64,000 bases of DNA from a virus (Duplodnaviria; Caudoviricetes): the IMG/VR virus record IMGVR_UViG_3300027996_003878; one strand, given 5' to 3'. The translations under genes and the position numbers were made by a program. The notes under the pieces are model-generated. The model ran no database searches and was not told where the DNA came from. It saw only the letters and a program-made list of their open reading frames with translations. Position 1 is the stretch's first letter, and each line of letters opens with the position of its first letter. Shown in pieces: positions 9,792 through 19,586 of this stretch.

Positions 9792-10123
9792 TTGCTTTCT
9801 TTGTAAAATGAAGCAAATGCCTGAATGTATGATTTGGATAAATTTTTAAATTCAGTATTACAAAATGAACATTTCAATTTATCATCGTCAATAATTGGAC
9901 GAGCTGCTTTATTGCATGACGTGCATTCCACCGCAAAGGACTCTTGGTGTCCTGTATTTCTTTTTATTTGACCCAATGTTTTCATTTGCACTTTAGCAAA
10001 GCGTGTAATGCTATTGATGGAATTACCGCATTCAGTGCAAAACACTTTGTCAGACTCAACGTCTAACAAAGGCTCTTGATCTTTTCGACACCCTTTATTA
10101 TCACAAAAAACATGAAAGCCCAT
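9788..10123 (-). CDS. Double zinc-ribbon protein
   Basis: CDNKGC, CTEC, CTSC, CSFC; stop overlaps the primase start. Confidence 0.75.
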   Translation of the reverse strand: MGFHVFCDNKGCRKDQEPLLDVESDKVFCTECGNSINSITRFAKVQMKTLGQIKRNTGHQESFAVECTSCNKAARPIIDDDKLKCSFCNTEFKNLSKSYIQAFASFYKESK

Positions 10124-11080
10124 TTAATCCTCTTTTTCTAAAAAACTTACTAAATCAATAACGTTATCAGGATAAATTACATTAATTATAAAAATGTGAT
10201 CGCCTTTTTTTTTCAAGCCATATCCAGACAACTTTACTTCATCTCTGTGTCTCGTATTCTCTCGAATTTTCAAAGACATATCGCCATAGATCGTGTTGAC
10301 TTGAACAACTGTCCCCCTTAAAGCGTCCAAAAGACTTATATCGATGCTAGAAACAACATCATTACCTTTTAGGGTAATATTTTTTTCTGACTCTACGTTC
10401 ACTTTAACAAACAGATCTTTATAATGATTAACTCCTCCTCTAGAAATAAAATCACCAGCATTTGCCAATCGAACTATTTGCTCATTTATTATTCCAGCAG
10501 GAATGGCAATGTCTAATTCAGATTTCACCTTCCTTGTACCGCTAAAATCACAATAACTACATTTAATTATTTTTTTACCCGTACCACGGCAAGTGTTACA
10601 AGCAAATTCAACAGCATTGCAATTAAAAATATTAATTGAACCAGAGCCATTGCAAATATTACAAATACCTGCTTCTTTTTTTACAATACCTCCAACGCCA
10701 TCACATTTAAGACAGTGTATTTTTTTATCAATACTTATTTTCTTAACACAACCAAGAACCGACTCTCTAAATGAAATACTTAACTCTACATCAAATTTAA
10801 CTTCATTAGATGTACTTTTAGAAAAATTAACTGACCAATTTTTCTTTGTTTTTCTTTTTCTTGATTTTTTATTAACAAAATCAAACGCGGGGGGATGCTC
10901 AAGACTCTTCTTTATAACTTCATATGCTTGAGACATTTTTTTATAAAGAGCCTCGGCGTCAGGATCTTTGTTTACGTCAGGGTGACTCTTTGCCGCTAAT
11001 GTTCTAAATGCTTTATTAACGTCGTCTCTAGAGCAATTAATTGTTAGCCCTAAAATTTTATAAGCATCTGCAAGAATCAT
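10124..11080 (-). CDS. dnaJ: DnaJ co-chaperone
   Basis: J-domain with HPD; CxxCxGxG repeats; C-terminal domain. Confidence 0.92.
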   Translation of the reverse strand: MILADAYKILGLTINCSRDDVNKAFRTLAAKSHPDVNKDPDAEALYKKMSQAYEVIKKSLEHPPAFDFVNKKSRKRKTKKNWSVNFSKSTSNEVKFDVELSISFRESVLGCVKKISIDKKIHCLKCDGVGGIVKKEAGICNICNGSGSINIFNCNAVEFACNTCRGTGKKIIKCSYCDFSGTRKVKSELDIAIPAGIINEQIVRLANAGDFISRGGVNHYKDLFVKVNVESEKNITLKGNDVVSSIDISLLDALRGTVVQVNTIYGDMSLKIRENTRHRDEVKLSGYGLKKKGDHIFIINVIYPDNVIDLVSFLEKED

Positions 11081-11102
11081 TGATAAAGAAATATATTAAT
11101 AA

Positions 11103-11657
11103 TTATTCATTTTTTCTTTCATTATTAATATAACAAAGGGCGCAGGCAATACTGTCAGCCACATCAAAGTTCTCCTTACGGGGATTTCCCTTTTTGTTAA
11201 AGACATATGGAAAATCAACATTTAATATTGAAGCTACTACCTCTGGTATTTCTTCCTTTTTTGGCATTTTTTTTTCTTTTTTTATAGAATGCCTTATTTT
11301 TGTTACATTAAATAAAACTGGCTCTTCACCAGTTTTTTCATAAACGGCAAGTCCAACAGTTCGATTAAGTACGGCTAATGAGCTTATTGTCCTTGCAGTG
11401 CTGTTGCCTGCCATAAATAATACAATATCTTCTAAGGCAATAAAATCAGGCTTTAGCTCATCTATTTTTTTAGATATAAACTCACGCACAAAATAAAGCC
11501 TCTCAAAGATTCCGCCTTTCTTTGGAGGCTTGTAATATTCACAATGCTCTAATTGAATATCTGAATCATTATAACGAAGCAGAGACAAGCCAATTGTAGT
11601 AGTACTCGCATCAATGCCTAACACACGCTTGAAACTAAGATCTTCTTTATCTTCCAT
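11103..11657 (-). CDS. RuvC-like Holliday junction resolvase
   Basis: VLGIDAS, IALED, DVADSIACA acidic motifs. Confidence 0.8.
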   Translation of the reverse strand: MEDKEDLSFKRVLGIDASTTTIGLSLLRYNDSDIQLEHCEYYKPPKKGGIFERLYFVREFISKKIDELKPDFIALEDIVLFMAGNSTARTISSLAVLNRTVGLAVYEKTGEEPVLFNVTKIRHSIKKEKKMPKKEEIPEVVASILNVDFPYVFNKKGNPRKENFDVADSIACALCYINNERKNE

Positions 11658-11674
11658 CAAGAGCTATATATCAA

Positions 11675-11714
11675 GCAAAAAAAAACCCACACAATTGTGT
11701 GGGTTTTTTTTTGC
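11675..11714. terminator. Perfect 40-bp palindrome, bidirectional intrinsic terminator
   Basis: GC-A9-CCCACACAA|TTGTGTGGG-T9-GC, downstream of the SSB gene. Confidence 0.85.
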
Positions 11715-11728
11715 CTTATTAATATTTA

Positions 11729-12424
11729 CTACATTGAATCTGTAGCATCAGGAAAAATAACATCATCATCACCAAAAGTAGGCATTGGTGCGGTATTCGA
11801 GCTAGTAGACTGATCAAAATTAGGAGCCACAACCTGATTTCGAACGTTATTCTTCTTCCTTATTGAATCTAATCTTTGCTTAACTTGCTCTGACGTAGGA
11901 GGAGAGCAGCGTCTAAGCAAATCATCAAGATCTGCATCATTCTTTAACTCTAAATCTGCTGGCGACAGAGCGCGATGTGGCAGAGCCACTACCATATAGT
12001 AACCTGAAGGTCCGGCTTCTTTATTTACCTTTATATCTATATCATAACGACCAGGATCGCCCCAGTTTTCATCACGTGAAAGCTCTTGAATGCCTCTAAA
12101 AACCGAAACGCTCATATCAAGGATTTTATAACTTTGAGTTTTACGATCAATGATTCCTACGAGCCATCGACGCTTAGCCCGATCACCCAATTCGCAGACC
12201 GCACAGGCCCCATTAAAGGAGCTACACATTATACGATCTCCAAAACCCTTCTGACCCTCTTCCTTATACTGATGCACCAAGTATTGGTGAGGTCGAGTAA
12301 TAATACGCACAGGATTACTGCCGCTGTTCAATCTCATATACAAATCACGAGATAAAGTTTTATTAAACTTAGGATTAACCTCAACATCATCCCAAGTTGT
12401 AAGACCGAAACTAGACTTTGACAT
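11729..12424 (-). CDS. Phage single-stranded DNA-binding protein (gp32-like)
   Basis: LRLNSGSNPVRI, CAVC, WLVGIIDRK..KILD, WGDPGRYDIDI; acidic tail; next to recA. Confidence 0.75.
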   Translation of the reverse strand: MSKSSFGLTTWDDVEVNPKFNKTLSRDLYMRLNSGSNPVRIITRPHQYLVHQYKEEGQKGFGDRIMCSSFNGACAVCELGDRAKRRWLVGIIDRKTQSYKILDMSVSVFRGIQELSRDENWGDPGRYDIDIKVNKEAGPSGYYMVVALPHRALSPADLELKNDADLDDLLRRCSPPTSEQVKQRLDSIRKKNNVRNQVVAPNFDQSTSSNTAPMPTFGDDDVIFPDATDSM

Positions 12425-12445
12425 ATTCTCTTTCCTTCTGCTTAA

Positions 12446-12745
12446 TTAGACGTTCGCCTTATAAGTTATATTTTTTATACTAACAATTTTGTGCCATGGA
12501 AAAAGTATATTTACCATAGCAATTTTTCTTTCATTTGCATGTTTTATTGCATCATCATAAGATTGAATATTGCTAGCTTTTTGCTCTTCAACTTCAAATC
12601 CCTTAAATTCAACAAAATTAGCACCTTTATCTACCCTCGTAGTCAAAAAGACTCGATAACAAGATTTAACAGGATCATTAATCGTAACCGAATAAAGAGA
12701 TTTATTCGTAGACGAACCCGGCATTCTATTTACTTTATCACTCAT
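12446..12745 (-). CDS. Hypothetical protein
   Basis: 99-aa ATG ORF within the operon. Confidence 0.65.
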   Translation of the reverse strand: MSDKVNRMPGSSTNKSLYSVTINDPVKSCYRVFLTTRVDKGANFVEFKGFEVEEQKASNIQSYDDAIKHANERKIAMVNILFPWHKIVSIKNITYKANV

Positions 12746-12761
12746 TATACAATCTTACCTT

Positions 12762-13733
12762 TTATTCCCAATCACCAGAACTACCTGATCCCTCGCCAGC
12801 CTTCAGAGACTCCAATAATGGGCTTTTTTTATGAATCATGATTCCGCCAGCTGTAATATCTAAATCCAACTCTGCAATAGAATCCTCTCCATCAAAAAGA
12901 TGATTCTTCCTGACCCTCGCACGAGTTACAATTCCAATTTTTCTCTTTATTTTATTCTTTACTCTAAATAAATCAGACTTTCTTGTCAATTGCACAATAA
13001 TACTGGAAAAGTATTCGACCTTTTGACCGCCTGATTCTTTTTGACCAGGAGCGCCGATATTGGCATACGTCTGATTTATTAGAAGAACGGCAATCTTTTC
13101 TTCATTTGAAACTTTATCTTTAAATTTTTCCATCAAATGAATAAATGATCTAAGAACTTGACCATTTTCCTTAGATGCCTCTGCCATTTGCCTTGAAGAA
13201 CGTAAGTTCCTGTCGCCCTCGCTTTTAGCCAAAGTCCCTCCAACAGAGTCCCAAACGACTAAAACTTTTCTATCAGGATACTGACTTAATGTTGAGTCAA
13301 TCAAATAATTGACCATATCAGCTCCCTCTGCAATCAACTTTGAGCTAACAATTAGCAGTTTCTTAGAATCACCACCAAAATAATTATCAAATCTATTTGC
13401 GCTAAATTTACTTTCTGAATCCCACAGAATTACAACAACTCCCTGATCCTGAGCCTGCTTCATAAAAGCCATAGCATGAGTGCTCTTACCGGAGTCCGGT
13501 CTACCTGCAATTTGCACTATACGACCAAAAGGTATACCTTTAATTCCAACCAACATTTCCCAAGGAGACTCCTTCCAACAAACAAAATGTCTATCTTCAG
13601 TAGGTCGAAAGATATCAGAGCCCGTTGATATCTGAGCCCCAAGGCCCTTCTCATTGCGAGAAAAATTAGCCCTAGCTTTATTAATAATATTATCTAAATC
13701 AATCTCAACTGGAGAATTGCTCTGCTTAGCCAT
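12762..13733 (-). CDS. recA: RecA/UvsX recombinase
   Basis: GIPFGRIVQIAGRPDSGKST (Walker A), VVWDSVG (Walker B), INQ, ESGGQKVEYFSS. Confidence 0.92.
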   Translation of the reverse strand: MAKQSNSPVEIDLDNIINKARANFSRNEKGLGAQISTGSDIFRPTEDRHFVCWKESPWEMLVGIKGIPFGRIVQIAGRPDSGKSTHAMAFMKQAQDQGVVVILWDSESKFSANRFDNYFGGDSKKLLIVSSKLIAEGADMVNYLIDSTLSQYPDRKVLVVWDSVGGTLAKSEGDRNLRSSRQMAEASKENGQVLRSFIHLMEKFKDKVSNEEKIAVLLINQTYANIGAPGQKESGGQKVEYFSSIIVQLTRKSDLFRVKNKIKRKIGIVTRARVRKNHLFDGEDSIAELDLDITAGGIMIHKKSPLLESLKAGEGSGSSGDWE

Positions 13734-13743
13734 AATTACCTAT

Positions 13744-14289
13744 TTACTTCGCCAAATTTCTAAAAAATATATGAGCTTCTTTGAAGATATTGAAGACGTA
13801 ATTCCACTTTTTTGAATTTTTCTCACACTTCAATATTTTATTCTTGGCGCTAGTTACGGAGCTATCTATTATAACCTTTTGCTTTAAGGCAACTTCCGTT
13901 ATTCTAGTTTCCGCCTCGCTCCTAATCCTAAGAGCCACTTCAGATTCAACCAACTCTACATCATACTTTGCCTGCTTAACCCTACATTCAGCATCAGAAA
14001 GCAAATCTGATATCTCAATTTGGGCTGACAAAGCTAATGAAGCAACTCGCTCTGCCTTCGAAACATCAAAGGAGCCCGAGTAAACTTTTGACATATAATA
14101 GTTGAGCGCATCCGTAAAAACCTCAACCTTTTTCGCTCTAGTACAATTACTGAAATCAAATAAAAATTTATCAAAATCAAAAACAGGCTCAGTCACACTA
14201 GTAGAAGCGCTTTGCGACGCCGTTACGGATGTCGGCGTATGACCTTCATTATAATTTGACTGAACTACTTCATCCCAAGATGCTGACAT
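13744..14289 (-). CDS. UvsY-like recombination mediator (putative)
   Basis: Long helical hairpin (ITEVALKQKVIIDSSV...KKW..FNIFKEAH) next to recA and SSB. Confidence 0.5.
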   Translation of the reverse strand: MSASWDEVVQSNYNEGHTPTSVTASQSASTSVTEPVFDFDKFLFDFSNCTRAKKVEVFTDALNYYMSKVYSGSFDVSKAERVASLALSAQIEISDLLSDAECRVKQAKYDVELVESEVALRIRSEAETRITEVALKQKVIIDSSVTSAKNKILKCEKNSKKWNYVFNIFKEAHIFFRNLAK

Positions 14290-14307
14290 AAAAGGTTCCC
14301 TTAATCA

Positions 14308-14655
14308 CTAAGATTGATTACTTTTCTTAAGTAACTTCATCTCATCGATTATTTTTTTAGCCTCATTTATTGTCAGCTTTGCATCTTTAATTAAATCATC
14401 AACATGGCTACACGCGGCACCCAAGTGCTGGTGAACCATAACATTAACAAGAAACATATAAATTTCCATACTGGTATATTTTCCAGTCGGAGGTCTTAAA
14501 AATATAATTATACCCTTTTCATTTGTTTCAAATAGACCTTTAAACAAATCCTTTCCAGAGAAATTATTTCTATCATAGGACTTGCAAATTTCATTATATA
14601 ATGCAAACTCAGAGTCAGTTAAATCAATTTTCTTGTTATCAATTATTCTGAGCAT
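14308..14655 (-). CDS. Hypothetical protein
   Basis: 115-aa ORF in the operon. Confidence 0.65.
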   Translation of the reverse strand: MLRIIDNKKIDLTDSEFALYNEICKSYDRNNFSGKDLFKGLFETNEKGIIIFLRPPTGKYTSMEIYMFLVNVMVHQHLGAACSHVDDLIKDAKLTINEAKKIIDEMKLLKKSNQS

Positions 14656-14658
14656 CTG

Positions 14659-15366
14659 TCAGCTGCCCCTTCTAAAGGTACCCTTTCCAGATCCAAAGTC
14701 AGCTGTACCGCCACTAGCTATTGCATCTTGTTTTTTCAGTCTATCAATTCTAGAGCGACGTAACGCCTCGCTGGCGCTCGCATCTCCCCCAGAAAGCCCT
14801 GACACAGACTCCACCATAGCTTTAACCTCATTTGAAGACAAAGGCTCAAGTTCTTTATCGTGCGACACAAGAGAATTGTTCGCAAGAAGCTTTTTTGCTA
14901 AAACTATATCTTTGGGCTCGGCATTTAATTGAATTTCATTTAAATCATCCAATTCAACATCGCTGCCTTCACCGCCATAAAGCGACGAGTCTTGATCAGA
15001 AAGCTTACTTAGCATAGCTTTTAATTTGTTATGATTATCCATTGCATGGGGCGCATTTGTTCGCTTTAAAAACTTTTGAACAGGATTGTCTGCCACTTTT
15101 AATTCAGAGCCTTTAACTAAACTTTCTTTTCTATAAAATAGAGTGGGCTCCGCACTGCCAATTTTCTTTAAAGAGTAATTAGAAAGAAGCCAACCTGCAA
15201 GTCCTTCAGGATCATTCGGCATTCTTTCCATTGCAGACGACAACTCTTCAAGCAGCTCTTTAGTGCTTTCCGACATAATCTCCCCACCGCAAGCAGGGCA
15301 TTCATTTTTAGCAATAACAGTCACCCACGCAGGGGGTATCTCCACTCTACAATTTTCACAAAACAT
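14659..15366 (-). CDS. Hypothetical protein with N-terminal zinc ribbon
   Basis: MFCENC...CPACG. Confidence 0.7.
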   Translation of the reverse strand: MFCENCRVEIPPAWVTVIAKNECPACGGEIMSESTKELLEELSSAMERMPNDPEGLAGWLLSNYSLKKIGSAEPTLFYRKESLVKGSELKVADNPVQKFLKRTNAPHAMDNHNKLKAMLSKLSDQDSSLYGGEGSDVELDDLNEIQLNAEPKDIVLAKKLLANNSLVSHDKELEPLSSNEVKAMVESVSGLSGGDASASEALRRSRIDRLKKQDAIASGGTADFGSGKGTFRRGS

Positions 15367-15434
15367 ATAACACCCTTAATTTGTTAATTATAACTTTATT
15401 TATATTGTATGATCAAAAAAAATCGACAATTAAA

Positions 15435-18400
15435 TCATATTAAGTCTACACAATTAACGTCTACGTTACCTTCTTCTATTAGCTCGCTCTCAATTTCCTC
15501 TAGCACCTTATCAGGGTCTATCTTAGCTACCTTGACTCTTGGCTTTCTTTTGGTTCGAGTTTTTAAGGATACTTTCCTAGACTCTCTGTCTTTAGGCATA
15601 GGGGGGATTGGCGCGCATGTTAATATGTCATCTAAGACAATTGACATGCTTCCTTCGTACCAATTTATAGATCCAGAACAATGCATTGCCACCCCAGCCT
15701 CTAACTTAGACCTTCGTCCCAAGAAATCCCTAACTCTTTTCTTAACAGCAACTAATGTTTGGGGGAAAATAGTAACACTAATAATATTATTATAAGGATC
15801 TTCAAGTGTCATTTTAGCCATCAACTCGCCGTATAACTTACTTGTCTCCTTCTTTATTTTAAACTCAAAAATACTTCGAACTACGCCTTGAATAACGCCG
15901 TCAGATTCATCCAAGTAAAACTTATCTCTTGAATTACCACTATCACCCACAGAGTACTTTTTCTCTAACAAAGAAAAGTTTGAGGCATAACGATTAAAGA
16001 AACCAGGATACTGATCAAGTATTCCGCCAGACAAAGCCTCACCTATGTAATAATTTTCCATCGCACATTTTTCTGCAATGGTCCAGTCACCCACAACTTC
16101 ATCCTCAGGCCAAGGATAAGGAAATGTCTCATCAGGGCCATGCCTCTTTTTCCAAACCTGAATTTTCTTTTTATAGTCTGAAGAATATAAGTAAGCTTTC
16201 TTTCTGGATATCCCAAATCGATCCAAACAACCACATGCAGCAAGACCCTGCACACTTCCAAGGTTAACTTTTCTCCCATCAACCTTTCGCATCATATCTT
16301 CAAAGCTACAAAAAGGTCTTTTAGATAAAATTTCAGGTATAGCCTGCTTTCCCATATTTTTCAAAGCATCTAAGCCCGTAAGAAGCGTATTACGATCAAT
16401 GATTTTATAACTAACATCTGAATCATTAACATCAGGCGGAAGAATTGTTACATCTAAACTTCTTATCTCTTTCTTTATTTTTGAAATATTATCTTTGGCA
16501 ATTTTAGCGTTAGAGTTAACTTCATGCATAAGGTTTGCTGTCAAAAACTCTAACGGAAAATGAGCTTTAAGATATGCAGTCTGATATCCTAAAAAGCCAT
16601 AGAAGACCGCATGCGACTTGTTGAAAGCGTAGCCTTGAAATTTATCTACAATTTCATCCCATATACGAGTAGCAAGAGCCCTATCTAAACCTTTGTTATT
16701 CACACTGCCATTGATAAAGTCTTCTCGCCAATCCGCTACTCGCTTTGGATTTTTGCCCTTTTCCTTAGTCAATTTTCTCAAACGATCAGCCTCGTGCATA
16801 TTCCAACCGGCCACATCTTGAGCTAAATACATTAAGCACTCTTCATAAACGGCAAACCCATAAGTACTTTCAAAAGCTCTCTTTAAAGAAGGATGGAGCA
16901 GATCAACTTTTTTACCAGTATTCCTAAAATCAATAAATGGCTTTCTAATATCACGAGCATTGGGCCTTGCCAGCGCGTTAATAAGCGCTAAATCGGAAAT
17001 GCATTTTGGCTTTAATCTTTTACATAAGTCAATAGTTCCAGAACTCGTTCCAAGCTGAAAAACACAAAAGGTATTACCGCTTGATATCAAATCATATGTC
17101 TTTTGATCATTAGCATCATAATCCAAATGACCGGTAGGAACCTCTGCCCCTGAAACCTTAATCAACTCCAAGGTCTTATCTATAATATCTAAGGTCGATA
17201 CTCCAAGGACATCCATTTTTACGAGACCATTTGCCTCCGCACGAGTCTTTTCGTACTCTATTGCAACATTGCCCTCTTTGTCTCTTCTTATAGGTACAAA
17301 TTCAACCAAAGGCCTCTTTCCAATAACAATACCTCCGGCATGAGTGCTCCAAGTTTTTATCTTTTTATCTAAAAAGCTTGAAAATCTCTTAAGTTCTGAA
17401 TAGTTTGGAGAATTAGCATACTCCATAAATAAAGGCGCTTCTTTTAAAGCGCTTTCTATTGTCTTAATATCAGGAGGAATTGAGTCAGCTATGTTTGTGC
17501 CAATCTCTACTGCCTTTTTTGGGTTACCACCATATTCAAAGGCCCTTGAGATATCACGCGCAAAAATTTTAGGCGTCAGAGTATTGATATTGCTGACGTG
17601 CGCTACATGATTAACACCATATTTATCTCTTATATACTCCCAAACCTTTTCCTTGCCATACGAAGCAAAGTCAACATCAATATCTGGAAACTCTGTCTTG
17701 TATTTATTTAAAAAGCGAGCAAAAATTAAACCATATTTAATTGGATCAGCCTCATGAATGCCAATCAAATATGCAATCATACTGCCACCAACGGAACCTC
17801 TTCCAGGCCCAACCGGAATATTGTTTCTTTTGCAATAATTAATATAGTCAGCGACAATTAACATATAAGAAGAAAATCCATGATACTCAATAACATCATA
17901 TTCTTCTTCTAATCGAGATTTGTACTCTAACGAATCACCTTGGGCTTTACTTGAAATCCCTTCTTCACAAAGATATCTCAAGTAAGAGGCATCTTCATCT
18001 AAGCCCTTTACTTTGTTGCTTTGGCCGCCAAGCCAATTCTTAAAATTTAAATAGTTCTTTTGAATGGAGACATTAAACTTTGGCAACTCTTTTCCAGAAG
18101 GGTTAGAAAATTTAGGATCAATCCAATCAGGCTGCTCGCAAAGATCAGAAAAATATAAAGTATTATCGCAAAATTCATCAGCCTTTTCCTTATAGAGCCT
18201 AAAGAAAAAGTCACGAACTTCTTGTCTAGATTTTACGTAAAACTCATTGTAAGGAGAGTATTTAAGTCTAGCATTAGACCCAACCGGCCTCCCCGCACCA
18301 ATTGCCAACATCACATCATGAGCCTCACTATCTTTTTTGTAAAGATAATGAGCGTCAGTCGCTGCTATAACCCTAATACCTAATTCTTTGCCTATTTTTA

Positions 18401-18998
18401 TAAGCCAATGATTAACTATACTTTGATCTTCGTAATCATTGTAATTACTGGCATTTCTTTTTAAAGCATGCGGCTGAATTTCCAAACCAAGCGAGTCGCC
18501 AAAAATATCTTTTAATCTTTTGGCTTCTTTCTTTGCTTGATCTATTCTTCTAGTATTTATCAATCTAGATAAAATACCACTTCCACAAGCAGTAGTACAA
18601 ATTAAACCTTCACTACACTTTTCTAAGACATTCCAATCTATACGTGGAATAACTTTATTGAATCCGACGACAAATTTATCATTTGCCAACTTATTTGCTA
18701 ATAATAAATTTTTATAGCCAGTGTGGTTTTTAGCTATGAGAATTACATGCCTCAACCTCTCACTTTGATTTTCTAAATCCTCAGTAAAATAAAACTCACA
18801 GCCCATCAAAAGCTTAACGCCATGCTCTTTCGAGGACTTTAGACAGTCCCAAGCCCCTGCTAGTGTTGCGTGATCTGTTACCGCGATAGATTTTTGACCC
18901 AACTCTTTTGCGCGCTTAAATAAATCGGATGGCTCAATCAAACTATCCATCAAAGAATAGACTGTATGATTATGGAGAGAGCAATAATCATTTGTCAT
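15435..18998 (-). CDS. dnaE: DNA polymerase III alpha subunit (family C) with PHP domain
   Basis: HNHTVYSLMDS, TDH, GRGSVGGS, FPDIDVDF, THAGGIVI, KMDVLG, YAFNKSH; no intein evident. Confidence 0.97.
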   Translation of the reverse strand: MTNDYCSLHNHTVYSLMDSLIEPSDLFKRAKELGQKSIAVTDHATLAGAWDCLKSSKEHGVKLLMGCEFYFTEDLENQSERLRHVILIAKNHTGYKNLLLANKLANDKFVVGFNKVIPRIDWNVLEKCSEGLICTTACGSGILSRLINTRRIDQAKKEAKRLKDIFGDSLGLEIQPHALKRNASNYNDYEDQSIVNHWLIKIGKELGIRVIAATDAHYLYKKDSEAHDVMLAIGAGRPVGSNARLKYSPYNEFYVKSRQEVRDFFFRLYKEKADEFCDNTLYFSDLCEQPDWIDPKFSNPSGKELPKFNVSIQKNYLNFKNWLGGQSNKVKGLDEDASYLRYLCEEGISSKAQGDSLEYKSRLEEEYDVIEYHGFSSYMLIVADYINYCKRNNIPVGPGRGSVGGSMIAYLIGIHEADPIKYGLIFARFLNKYKTEFPDIDVDFASYGKEKVWEYIRDKYGVNHVAHVSNINTLTPKIFARDISRAFEYGGNPKKAVEIGTNIADSIPPDIKTIESALKEAPLFMEYANSPNYSELKRFSSFLDKKIKTWSTHAGGIVIGKRPLVEFVPIRRDKEGNVAIEYEKTRAEANGLVKMDVLGVSTLDIIDKTLELIKVSGAEVPTGHLDYDANDQKTYDLISSGNTFCVFQLGTSSGTIDLCKRLKPKCISDLALINALARPNARDIRKPFIDFRNTGKKVDLLHPSLKRAFESTYGFAVYEECLMYLAQDVAGWNMHEADRLRKLTKEKGKNPKRVADWREDFINGSVNNKGLDRALATRIWDEIVDKFQGYAFNKSHAVFYGFLGYQTAYLKAHFPLEFLTANLMHEVNSNAKIAKDNISKIKKEIRSLDVTILPPDVNDSDVSYKIIDRNTLLTGLDALKNMGKQAIPEILSKRPFCSFEDMMRKVDGRKVNLGSVQGLAACGCLDRFGISRKKAYLYSSDYKKKIQVWKKRHGPDETFPYPWPEDEVVGDWTIAEKCAMENYYIGEALSGGILDQYPGFFNRYASNFSLLEKKYSVGDSGNSRDKFYLDESDGVIQGVVRSIFEFKIKKETSKLYGELMAKMTLEDPYNNIISVTIFPQTLVAVKKRVRDFLGRRSKLEAGVAMHCSGSINWYEGSMSIVLDDILTCAPIPPMPKDRESRKVSLKTRTKRKPRVKVAKIDPDKVLEEIESELIEEGNVDVNCVDLI

Positions 18999-19279
18999 GA
19001 ATTTACAGCTTTATCTAATGTTTTCTCAAAAAAATCTAACTGCTCGATGCAACCTTTTCCAGAACATCGGACATTAATACGATTAGAGCCATAAGCTGAA
19101 GTCGCAACCAAATTACCTCTTCTTGCATAAAACACACCTGCAACTTTAAAGTTAGAAGGTAAGGTATAATTATGCCTTTCAAAGATATATATTTGATTTT
19201 TTCGAATCGGCTTATTAGCCTCAAATATAAAGGCCTTGCTGCCACAGCAAGACCTTACTATATGCCTCTTGATGGACAC
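18995..19279 (-). CDS. Hypothetical protein
   Basis: 94 aa; overlaps the dnaE start by 4 bp. Confidence 0.65.
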   Translation of the reverse strand: MSIKRHIVRSCCGSKAFIFEANKPIRKNQIYIFERHNYTLPSNFKVAGVFYARRGNLVATSAYGSNRINVRCSGKGCIEQLDFFEKTLDKAVNS

Positions 19280-19284
19280 AGTTA

Positions 19285-19572
19285 CTAAAAAGCCCCACGG
19301 CCTTCCATAACATATATCAAATATTTTATCATTGCTTTGTGAGTATTTATAACATCTCTATACCCGCCATTTAGCTCTTTAACCATTTCTTTTAAATCTT
19401 TAAGCTTCTCGTCACTCTCCATGTCCTTTTCAGTAGAAGAAATCTCTCTCTCATACTCTATGAGGCGGGCTTTTGCCTCTTCGGTAGACAGTGATTCTGC
19501 CGTTTTCTCAAAACCTTCGGGCAGCTTAACTCGCCATTTTTTCGGAAAAACCGTTGTTACATTCTCTGACAT
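19285..19572 (-). CDS. Small coiled-coil hypothetical protein
   Basis: 95 aa; GGAGAG SD upstream. Confidence 0.7.
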   Translation of the reverse strand: MSENVTTVFPKKWRVKLPEGFEKTAESLSTEEAKARLIEYEREISSTEKDMESDEKLKDLKEMVKELNGGYRDVINTHKAMIKYLIYVMEGRGAF

Positions 19573-19586
19573 CTTTCTCTCCTCAG

